From Rhodosorus marinus CCMP1338 (taxonomy: Eukaryota; Plantae; Rhodophyta), in NCBI GenBank assembly GCA_029953675.1, contig JAMWBK010000006.1:496001-560000 (forward strand): DNA of 64,000 nt. Reading direction: 5' to 3'. Under the pieces are notes generated by a model. That model had not been told where the DNA came from. It was given only the letters and a program-made list of their open reading frames with translations, and did not search any database. Below, in pieces: positions 45,760 to 56,898 of the stretch. Made by a program: the position numbers and the translations under genes. Position 1 is the stretch's first letter, and every line of letters begins with the position of its first letter.

Positions 45760-47603
45760 ATGGGTGAACTAGCGAAGGGGTCTGAGTACGCTAATTTTAG
45801 AGCGTGGGTACCGAGGAAGAGAATTCCTATTGGCAGCAACAAGGCTCAGACATGGATTTACTTCGACTGGGGTCCGACGGATTATCCGGAGCCGCTTGTA
45901 TTTATTCACTCAACGGCGGGATCTGCTGATGTTTTCTACAATCAGATGTTGGATCTCGGCAAGAGGGGATACCGGGTTGTGTCTGTTGAGATTGCTTCGT
46001 ACTATCATGTGGAGGAGTTCATAGATGCGTTCCAGTTGTTTTTGGATATGTTGAACCTTCGCGTTATTCACATGTATGGGGCTGGTTTGGGCGGCTACCT
46101 AGCGTTGGTATACTCGGCGCATCGACCGGAGGCTGTGAAGTCGTTGGTATTGACACATTCTTATGCGAACACTTCCAAAGTCTTCACACCTTTGCGCCAG
46201 GGGCCGAACACGCTTCGTTGGATGCCAGATTTTGTTATCAGGAAGGCGACCCAATCACTTCTTCCGACGGGTAGAGCAGAACTGCACGTAGCCATGGCTG
46301 TCGAATTTATTCTTGCAAGAATCGAAGAAACAGAACATACCAAGCTTGCTGGACGCCTGGCCTTAATGCGTTCGTCCGAATCTGTAAAATCGCTGAAGCT
46401 CCCAGATAGTCGAATCACAATCATCGATGCGGTCAACTGGGGCAATGCAAAGGGAGAAGAGGCATCCAATGACCTGGTGGAAATGTTCCCAAGAGCTCGA
46501 ATCGCGTATGTTAAAACGCAGGGAGAATTCATCTACCTTTCGGATCCGGATGAAGTAAACGTGCATCTCGTGGTGCACATGCGCCGAAACGCACCAGAAC
46601 CTAGCGAAGCGCAAAGGCTTCCTCTACCGGCGCGAGCTCGTGTGAAGGATCCAATAGAGGCTCGGAAACTGAGAGAATTGGCGAAGGAAGATCATCTCGA
46701 GCCAGAGTACAAATATATTGAGGAAGTGCAGTCCCTTAAAACCGCTTTTCCGAACGCGGACGTCCCAATGCTCGCTTCTGCACTGAGCGCTTTTAACGGT
46801 GACTTAGATGTAGTCTCCAGACTCATCTACGACGGATCGATAAAACAGAGCTGGAAAGGCCCGATCGCACCATACATCATAAACAAGTTAAGTAAGTTGA
46901 GCAAACCTGTGTCTTGCGTTGCGAGAAGCAGTGAAACAGAAGAAAGAAGAATGCGATCACGCTATCTTCGGACTCCCTTATTTCTGAACTCAAATTTGTT
47001 CCTTTGAACTATTACGACTTGATAGAACCTAGGGATGGTGCCGCTCCAGCAAGAGTTCGGCTGTCGCCCGCGATCATTGAGGAAGAGCATCCTAAACATT
47101 CCCATGATTATATCGCTCGTGGTCCAATTTCCCATCAAGCTCGTGAGGTAAGGTCCTTTCCACCTTCAGCACAGCAGGCTTTGACCTGACCCTCATCTGA
47201 TTTTTCGCAGCACCGCGAATCCCCGTCACGTGAACGTCAAAACGAGAAAGCCGAACCTGCGTTTCCCGTTCCAGCTAAGCCTGCCAGGTTTCCTTCGGGT
47301 GTCGACGACGACGAAGAAAATCCTCTGCTGCTTGTAGCAGAAAAGGCTCTGGTAGCTGGTCCCGAGACTACCCAAGGCCACGAACCGCAAGGGTTGGTTG
47401 GAATTCTAACAGCAGAAGAGGCGAATTCCAAATCACCCACACTGAAGATCACGAACGAGGACAATCAATTGCCCCAAAACAAGTCTACTGAAGACGTCAA
47501 CCCTGCGCACATAACGTCAATGAGCTCGCAGAGGAAGAGCCCGTCAAAGTCCACTGAAAAAGATGAGGATGACCCCTGGAAGCGGTACCGGAATGTTCGA
47601 TAG
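45760..47603 (+). CDS. SPG21: Maspardin (SPG21)-like alpha/beta-hydrolase-fold protein with CUE-like domain and low-complexity tail, 3 exons
   Basis: YANFRAWVPRKRI...WIYFDWGP...PLVFIHSTAGSADVFYNQM...GYRVVSV, FIDAFQLFLD and EFIYLSDPDEVNVHLVVHMRR match maspardin. Two downstream GT-AG introns extend the frame to the stop at 47603. Confidence 0.85.
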
Positions 47604-48284
47604 TGGTCATGTAATCCCCAGGGGATCCCTTTGCAAAGTACTCGTCATCTGCGGAGCGATTGCGGTGGCTAAACGAAGGGTTGTAATCTTGTACAACACA
47701 ATTAAATATAAGACACTAGATACAAAATTTTGCAGTAAAACCATCACTCCGATATGGCTCCGGATGAGGTCGCTCTAAGCATACGCCCAGAGGTCATTCA
47801 GGAGAGTCGTAAGAAGCGATGGGGGAAGAGTCAGGCTCCTTGCTCGAATTCGTTGCGATACTGGAGTACAAACACCTCACGGCCTGGAGTAACGGCCTGC
47901 CCGGAGCAAGAGTTTTGGCTTTCAGTCCTGGAGGCTGCTCGTAGTGTCTCCATGTCCATCCACAGAGCTGCGGTTTGCACGTCTGTAAGGTACGGATCCT
48001 TATAGGACACAGCCCTAGAAAGGAAGACGTTAAGGAATTTGGAAGGCTCCAATTTGGCCTCGAGAGGGGAGTTCCTTGAGTTCCTTGAGTTCCTTGAGTT
48101 CCATGATGCCTCGGTTATTCCTCGGTGTAGCGCTGGTTCAAACCGAGCGCAACGATTCGACGGGAATGCAAATTGTCGACGTCTCTCGCCCGGCTACCTT
48201 CCGGATCCGTTGGAAGGGGGGTTAGAGCGAGGAGCTTCAATAACTTGTATACTTTACAATGTCGAGTCAGTTCTTTTGAATCAG

Positions 48285-51200
48285 TTAGTTCAGGAATAGA
48301 CGACAATTAGAAGCTCCACAATTGCACGGCAGTTTTGCTTCCTCGTCATCAAAGTTGAATTTGTAGTCATAGGTTAGCTCCTCATCGACCCTGATGACCC
48401 GCTTCGTTGTGATAACAATAGCCCGACGCCCGTCGACTTTGATAGTCCTCGAGTAGCAATTCGGGTCGCACGAGTGGTTGATGAACCTCGCATAGTTGCC
48501 AGTCATTGTCGCGTCAACAATTTGATCGTCATCCAAGCGGAACATGTAGCATCCAATCCCTTTGCTGTCATAGTACGCTTCGCGCCCGTCCGACAAGGAC
48601 GGTCGAATGATCTCCCCGCAATACTCAATCACCATCTCTTCTGGAGTAAACTCTCTCATTGCATAAAGGCCAAGCCCTTGTATGCCACTCATTCTGATCT
48701 GCGTCTTTACCTTCCATTTTCGCAGCATGGACTTGTGCTGCAGTGAATCCTCAATTTCACTCTTCCGCCGGACGTTTTGAGCTTCCCCATCCTCTTCCTC
48801 GTCATCAACCTTAGCCTGCAGGGACACAACCGAGAACCATATCAGAACCAAATTCCGGAGGTGAACACAATCACAAGCGAAACGTCTTAGCCCTACCTCA
48901 GGATCTGCGCTCGCCACAACAGAGCTCTTACTCAACTGCAGACCGCTCGAAATTCCCTCCGTTCGGACACAGCCGCTGACGTTGTAGCCAAACGCACGCC
49001 CAGTAGGCTGAAAATACTGGAATTCATACTCTCTTGCATGTGTCGCTTCTGGCAACAGCTCCAGAATCGAACGGACAGATGGCAGGGACAGTCCAAACGC
49101 GCGAAGTGCATCTGATCGAGGAACTCGAGCACACAGGTCCGGAGCGTACCATGTGGGGTCAAGCCCGCTGAATAACTCTTTCCGAGAGGAATTCACTCGA
49201 TTGAGCACCTGCGACATGAAAAGGGCAAAGGAGAAAGCTGAGGATTCGCAAAGGTGCAGCTCTAAGGTGATTCCCGTTATCAAGAAGGGTGAGAAATTGT
49301 CCTACCTCCCCCCATGCAGCAGCTGGTGTTCGTTGTACGATTCTAAAGTCGTCGTCTTCACACTGAACGCAGAATATAGGCCCGGACTGGTCATCCCCCA
49401 CGACAGATAAGAAGTACAGGCATCGGGTGAAGGGTGACTTTACACTAAAAAATCGTCGAACTGCTTTATACCCGATTGGGTAGAGCACCTCTTTCTCCTG
49501 ATAAATCGACAGGTACGGGATGATTTGCCCAGTAGCGACTAGAGCATATGCACCACACCGAACCGACTCCACCGTATCATTCCGACCTCGGATCCCAGGC
49601 GGGGTCATATCTGCCTGAAGACGCTTTCGTACTTCACGTACTGAGAGCCCAACACTGCATCCGCGCTGCTCAGCATGCTCAGCACAAAGGAGGAGCTTGT
49701 ATCCCGCTTTTCCATATTTGTGAATACATTTAGTTTTCAACGAGCAGCTCAAGTGGTAGTTATGCTTACAAAGGCGGCTGGCACACCCCACACTGGCCCC
49801 AGATTTCTTGCAGTAGAAGCATTTCAATCCTCGCGCCCGAAAGACCGCAGAAGTAACGTGACAGAGCAGAGCAGGTGTTGAAGGCTCTTCATAGACCTCC
49901 GAGCTCCAGAGCGCGCACATCACATGCACCCACAAACCGTTCCCGACAGGTATAAACCGACCGGCAACTTCAGTTTCTTCTTCAGATCGGCATAATTCAC
50001 ACTGACGAGTTGATTTTTTGATGTCAAGACCCCAGGTCGAAATCGGTTCAAGGCCCAAATCGAAGTCCAGCGACTCCTCGCTAAGGTCGGACTCATCCAT
50101 TGGAATGTCCTGTGTGGTCCGGTCTTCTTCAACCACTTTCACGACGGAGACAGCCTCCGCGTCCTTCCCACCAGGAGCAGAGTTTCTTGCTTTGGCAGTA
50201 CCCTCATTTCGTCCGTGCTCAGGAACGGCCGAATCCGCTCCAGATCCGTCATGGACCTCGTCTCTACAAGAGAAACACAAGTATTTCTTGCCAAGACTCT
50301 TGGCCACAAACTCTTCGTCACATGACTGATGGATTAGCGAATGACACTCGCCACATTTCAAAACCGCTCGTCCTCGAGGAGGACCCGTGCACTTTCTGCA
50401 TGAGATCCACTTTTCTCTTGTGCTCCAGCATCTTTCACACGATAGCACTGAATGATCTTGCATCTCGCCGTCTAATGAATAGCCTCCAATCCGGCGAGAG
50501 ACGCCTGTCGGTCCTGCAAAACGTTCAGGTCGAGAGTGACAAATTTCACATGTCCTGCACTCCCTACAGCGCATAGCTCCACTGCCGCTTCGGAGGCTTC
50601 CCAATTTGTCGTCTTCCGCTATGCACTCGATATGGAACCTCTTCTCACATGAGGTGCATTTGACGCAATGAGTGGTTTCCCTATTCGAACAGTAAGGACA
50701 ACTAGAGCACCATTCACAAAACCAAGCTGGCGCGTCACTGGCCAACATTCCCGCCCGAACTCGCGAGTAAGCAGTTCGAAGCATCTCTGGTTCGGGGATT
50801 TCCGATTCTCCAAGCGATGCTTTGCGCCCTTGCAAGCAGAACGTGTGGAAACCATCGCCACAGGAAGCGCAGAATCGCATTGGCGATGAACCTGATGAAC
50901 ATCCGCAGACCAAGCACAACTCTGCATCCAATGCTAGTCTTGAAAACATTTGCCTAGACTTGATTGTAACCTCAGTGGTCTCCGGCAACTCTTGGCCTCT
51001 CTTTTGTGGTTCCTCGAGTTTCTTCTCCTCCTCCTTCTCTTCTACGCCTGAATTCTCATCCGAAAGCGACTCGTGCTCGTCTGGAGCAGTGATCAGCGTC
51101 TTCCTCTTTCGGTTCATGATGTTATCGTTTTCCATGAAACTCGAGAGCTCCTCCATCACAAAAGCCTTTCCGCGGCCTGCGCGCCGGTTGCCGCTCTTCA

Positions 51201-54200
51201 CATCCTTAAGCCGCTCTTTTAATAGTCCTCTGCTCTTCCTGACCTTAGTCCTCGTGCAGATTGTGCAATACCATTTCTTTAGAGAGTCCTGACCCATTCG
51301 TTCCAGTTCACCTTCTGCAATTCCTTCGCAAGCAATGTGCACCCATTTCTCACATCCATCGCATACGACCATGTCGAGGTCTTCTGCCCTGTACGCTTTA
51401 TCACAAACAGGGCAAAAGTCGCCATGGTAGTATCCCTTGCGGCATTCTGCGCAAAACCCATCGTCGGCAACTTTTCCTTTCGTATCAGTACGCTCGCAGT
51501 GGTCACATATATTACAAATGTCGCACTTAAAGCCCCCAGGAAAGTCCGCAGTCTTGTTCTCTTTCGACTCTGTAGCAGCCGGTTTCAGGCACTCGGCGTG
51601 GAAACCACGCTTGCACTTCGCGCATCTTATAGAAACACATTTCGATTCCATACCCTCCTTCTCGGAACAGATCACGCAACAATCGCAGCGCGGACAAGTC
51701 CACCCATCCGGGATTGACATGGTGATCAGAGGAGGGTCTATGCACAAAGCATGCGAACTGCTGTGACACTTAGTGCACTCAAGAAGCGGACCGCGTCGGG
51801 TTTCAATATCATCATCTTCGCATATTTTGCAATGAGCCACATCCTCAATCCCCTCTTGACCCCCTTTCCGAATCGGCAGGAATAATCCCTTGCTTAGAGT
51901 TCTGTCTAGCTCGCTGTGCTCGGGACAAAACGTTTCGAATGTAGCTGTGAACGCTGCCCCGTTGTATACTCCGCAAGCAAAGTGGAACGGTTGACAACAA
52001 GCTGTCTTCATGTGCATACACGACATGGATGCTCCAGGCTTTCCACAAACGATGCAAATCAGCTCCGAGAACTGTCCTATGGCCTTGTCCAGACCTCCAA
52101 ATACTTGTGGGCCTTCGCTCTCGGTGACCCCGGGGCACCACAACGCGCAATTCCGATGTACGTAGACTTCTTCGTCCTCCGCAATTTCAATAGGGCCTTC
52201 CAGAATTCCTTGACACGCAACGCGATCTCCGCTCTCGCAGCAGAACACACAAACAGCTTCTGCCCCAACGCCTGACAGAACTTCCAGCGGAGTCCACGCT
52301 TTCAATTTTTCGGCTCGGAGGTCCCCTGTTGCTGTCCTTGGTCCGTCCATCTGATCAGCATTCAACACCTTCTCGAGTGACTCAATTGATGGCTTAAACT
52401 TTCTCTTAGTCTCAGCCGAGGCTGCCGAAGGAGGGGAGTCGCCTAAGCTCTTCGATGTTAAACCTAGTACTTTTGGAGGTTTTCCCGGCGAAGCGTGTGG
52501 GCCGAATTTTCGCTTGGTAGTAGACGTGGCCCAATTCTTCTTTTTCATAATTTTAGCCCTTGAAGCCGAACGAAGGCGACCTTTCTCGCCTTTGGTTCTC
52601 CCTCTTTTTGAATTCTCCGATTGCTTCAAATCTGTAACTGCCACTTCAGACTTCATTTCGCCTTTAGTGTGCAGTCCAGTTGTCTCCTTCGGGCGCTTCA
52701 AGTCTCTGACTGTAACCTCAGATTTTCTCTCGCCTTTTGTGTGCGGTTCTGTTGTCTTCTTCGGGCGCTTCAAACCTGTGACCGCAACCTCAGACTTCAT
52801 CTGGCCTTTAACGCGTGGTCCTGTTGTCTTCTTCGGGCGCTTCAAGTCTCTGACTGCAACCTCAGACTTTGTCTCGCCTTTACCCGGCGGTATTGTTGTC
52901 TTTACCGCGTGCTTCAAGTCCGTGGCCTTAACCCCAGGCTTCATCTCGCCTTCAGCGTGCGGTCCTGTTGTCTTCGCCGGATGCCATAAATCTGTGCTGA
53001 TGACCTTAGACTTGGTTTCGCCTACAGTTCTCGGTCTTTTGGTATTCTCGGCGTGCTTCAGGTCTCTCGCCTCAGACTTCGTCTTGTCCTTAGTTCTCGG
53101 TCTTCTCGTCTTCCCCGAGTGCTTCAAATCTGGCACTGTGGCCTCAGACTTAACCTCGCCTTCAGTTCGGGGTCTTGTTGTCTCCCTTGAATGCTTTGAA
53201 TCTGTGCCTGTGACCTCAGACTTCAAATTTATCAAAAGATCATCGGTTGCCTTCTCCGCATGGACCGGCTCTGGGGAAATGGCAACAGTCGGGAAATCTA
53301 GAGCTGTAAGGTCCTTCCTTTGTACCTTCTCAGTTGGTGGTATACTACAACGGAAGCGCCTTGCCAGTTTTGTGGATCCACCCAAGGAAGTTTCCGTACT
53401 CTTCAATCCTTCGGGATCTTCCGTACTCTTCGATCCTTCGGAATCTTCAGCACTTTTCAGTCTTTCAGACTTTTCCCTATTCTCGGGTTCTTTGGAATTT
53501 TCCCTACTCTTCAATCCCTCGCGAACGGGTTTGGCAGGTGGAATAACCCAGCCTTCCGCCTCCACAACTTCGGTCTCCATTTCGCCAGAGGCGACTTCCT
53601 GTTTTCTTTTCGTCTTCTTCAAATTCGCCAAATTGAGCCCGTTCACGAGAGGTGCCTTCTTCGCAAGCTGCTCCTGCGGTTTAACCCAACCAAGCGTCAC
53701 CTCCTTTGAATGTGATTCAATGCCGCGTAAGTGCAGTTTTGTTTGTACATGTTTTGTGTTCGACTGCATACGACGTGCTTGTCCTTTGGTTTCCTTAGAA
53801 GCTTTCTTCCCAGCCCCAATATGGTGTTTCAGAGCCTGGCTCTTACTAGCGTTCAAACCTTTCGTGTTCATGTCACGTTCGTCTTGTCCTCGCTGAGTGC
53901 TGCTTCTGCTCTTTCGGTTCAGAGGCTTCTTCTTGATCTGTGGAAGCATATCGTCACTAGAGCTACTTTGTGGTAGATCCCCATTACTCCCAGGCGATTC
54001 ACCGAGCCGCGAGTTCTTCTGAATACCAAGTTCAACTCTCCGACGTCTTGGCAGTCTACAGTCCACTGCTGGAGGCTCAGACCCTGCAACCACATCCGCC
54101 CTACGTCCAGGATCTTTACCATTAACAGCTAAGGATGGACCGCGGGGGACACAAGGAACACCAATTTCTTGCAGCCCTCCGACGGCGGCAACTGTTCCTT

Positions 54201-54513
54201 TTGAAGGACCAAGCTCATTGACTAGTCTTCCACTGTTCCCCTGCTTGGTACCTTCCCTGTGTTTAGGGCTGCGATGGCCAGCAATCTTGGAGCTTAAATA
54301 ATCTTGCCCGGGTGACATCGGCCCGTTGCGATTTGGTCTGGTCGCGTACTTTGTCCCGCGGTCTCCATCCAAATCGTTGTCTTTCGAGCCGACCCTGTCG
54401 AAAAAATCTTCTTCAGTTCCAGGCATTCTGTCATTTACAGGCTTGACCCGTTTCCTAAGTAACAGAACCCCCCGATATCCTCCGCTCTGGGACCAGTTCT
54501 CCTCATCTTCCAT
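48285..54513 (-). CDS. Trithorax/MLL-like H3K4 methyltransferase (ePHD, multiple PHD, ePHD, FYRN, FYRC, SET, post-SET), 3 exons
   Basis: A long ORF with many C4HC3 fingers (e.g. CPVCDKAY...MVVCDGCEKWVHIACE) and ePHD motifs (VHRNCALWCPGV, VHVMCALWSSEV). FYRN: LYPIGYKAVRRFFS. SET: SGIQGLGLYA...MVIEYCGE...YMFRLD...ARFINHSCDPNC...ELTYDY. Post-SET: CNCGASNCR. Introns 49305-49209 and 48896-48816. First in-frame ATG is 54513; the true start may lie upstream. Confidence 0.93.
52581..53225 (-). repeat. Coding tandem repeat, 9 copies of a 72-nt / 24-aa unit inside the SET gene
   Basis: The translated units align as KSEV(A/T)VxDLKxxxxTTxPxTKGEx; one copy is 22 aa. Confidence 0.92.
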
Positions 54514-56077
54514 CAAGGGTAACCCTTCGTAGGCGTCCTTTTCGCCTGCCAAACCTTCGCATTACCGCTTCTAATCCTTCTATACATCAGTAGATAGCTT
54601 AAATTCCTCCAAGCTCTCGAACTCTCGTTTCCAGGCCCTCCCATTCCTACCTCCCTTCCCAATACCGGAATCCCCATAAACCAAAGCTTCCACTTTTCTC
54701 GTCATCCCGACAATCTGCAAGTAAGGAACCCCCAGTCGGACAAAACAAAAGTTGTCCCAAACAGATTATCAAATCCAAGGAAAAAAAATTACATAAATAC
54801 TCAATCCAACCGCTCCGTGTCCCCCGTGGACACATCAGAGAATTTTCGCTTAGCAGATGAACTATTTTAAGATCGTACTGCCATCAAAATATCTTCGAAA
54901 TCTTAATCTAGCTCTTCCTTTAACCCCTAGGATGTTCTGACTACAAAAAAATATTCTTCTGAAAAACAAAATAAATTACGTATTAATCGTTTGATGAAGA
55001 AGACTATAAGGGCTGGATCTTCTTTGAGGTACGAAGGTATTATGACAATTCTGTACTATAATTTAGATTATTTTGGGGAGGGTTAGTTTTGCGCGGGAAT
55101 TATGCGGCGTGTGGTAACTGGAGGTAATGCAAATGGCGGGTCTGGGTAAGGGATGGTTGAGCAGCTGAGATTAGACTCTTGAAGTACGAAAGGTGGGTCT
55201 GATTCGAGACGATGGAAGGATTCCTGATCTGTACGGCCCCAGAGAGATCAGAATATTCTACTGTTTCAATCGTTCACTGGGGTGCGCTCCAACTCACCCG
55301 CGGTGTGAGCAGATCACAGAGACTGGAGATAGATCCTCACCGAATCGAAACAACACCGTGCCTTGGGGTCTGAGCTCTCTTGTCTGACTGAAAAGTCCTC
55401 GTACATATGCACGCGGCTGACGAGAAGGGGATTGTTCTGGTCTGCTGTTGCTAGAGAGAGAATCACACCCTTGGAAAAAACGACGTTGTTGTCTGCATAT
55501 CGGACTCCGCTTGCCGAAATCCAAAAAATAGAGCAACGAGATTGTTCACCCTGGGACCAATATATTCAGAACACCATAGCCACCGTAGGCGTCGGTCCGT
55601 TCCTGGATATACGCCTACTCACCCCCAGCTACTTGCCCAGAGAAAATCCTAAACGAAGCCTTTCTTGCATTGACCTCTTGCATGTTCATGAGCGTCTGTC
55701 AGAGAGATAGCCTCAGCGGTCCAGAGTTTTCAACAGGGAATTGTGCTCTACATGATAGCAGAAAAACACATCAAAAGCATTGGAAGGCAACCAGCAGCTT
55801 ACTATTGTTAAGGTCGCATGATCCTCAAAGCTTCTGACCAGGTTCCGAAAATACAGTCAATTTCAATGGGGTCAATCAATTTTCAGTCTTTCAGGTGCTT
55901 TTTTTGAAAGACAAGTGTTGTACTTTCCCCGAAAATGACTGAATCTCTGCAACACGCTTTTGAGGACGGATAGATCGGAGAGGTGTTTAGTGATGGAGGA
56001 GATCCTTTGTTGTGTTAAGGACACCGGGGTTAATGAGGGTGAAGCGAACCGAACTGGAGTAGAAAGCAAGAATCAAA

Positions 56078-56898
56078 ATGATACGAGCTGTTTTAGTGAT
56101 AAACAATAATGGAAAGCCTCGTCTGTTGAAGTTTTATGAGTATACGCGTGAGGATCGACAACAGGAGATTATAAAGTGAGTCCGTTTGCATTGTGTGAAC
56201 GCTAGCTTTTCAGCTTTGTCTTAACGCAAAGCTTAACGCAATTCTGGTGCGACGTTTTATTTTAGAGAATGTTATAACCTCGTGACCAAGAGAGGTGACG
56301 AATTGTGCAAGTTCGTTGAATGTGATAACCTCTTCGAGGAGGAAACCCTTGTTGTTTACAGGTATGCGACATGCGTAAAGTCTTTCACACCTTGAACAAA
56401 CCTGACGTTGGGACCTTGTTCGCTTGTTTGAGCAGAAAATATGCTACGCTTTTCTTCATCTTCTGCGTCGACAAAGCAGAGAGTGAGCTTGGAATCATTG
56501 ACCTGATCCAGGTAATCCTAGATTGAGAAGGGTTAGAATGTTGAAGGGTCCTGATTCCTAACAGGTCGTAAACGAATTCTTATCAGGTGTTTGTAGAGAC
56601 TCTTGACAAGTACTTCGAGAATGTGTGTGAGTTGGACATAATCTTTCACATGGACAAGGTAATTGTTTTATCCGAAATTCCGACTCGCTCAAATTCGTGG
56701 AGAGGAAATCTCTGAAATACTCTGCTGATCACGGCCTAGGTTAATTACATTTTGGACGAGATTGTCGTTGGTGGGTTAGTGATGGAACCAAACAATGCCG
56801 ACGTCCTGGCAGCGCTTGCGGCGACTAAACGGGAAGAACATGGCTACAGACCTTCGACCCTTCCTGCAATTTCGAGAATCATGCCTGCACCGCGTTAA
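56078..56898 (+). CDS. AP3S: AP-3 adaptor complex sigma subunit, 5 exons (absent from the ORF track)
   Basis: The spliced translation MIRAVLVINNNGKPRLLKFY...QQEIIK/ECYNLVTKRGDELCKFVE.../KYATLFFIFCVDKAESELGIIDLIQ/VFVETLDKYFENVCELDIIFHMDK/VNYILDEIVVGGLVME matches AP3 sigma. All four introns are GT-AG. Confidence 0.93.

Noticed and set aside
47831-48200. Open frame with (GAACTCAAG)x3-4 repeat downstream of the SET gene
   Set aside because: Probably 3' UTR or intergenic; the 9-bp microrepeat and ATG-less frame give no further support.
52514-53896. 460-aa plus-strand ORF with repeats
   Set aside because: It is the antisense shadow of the 72-nt repeat and low-complexity part of the SET gene.
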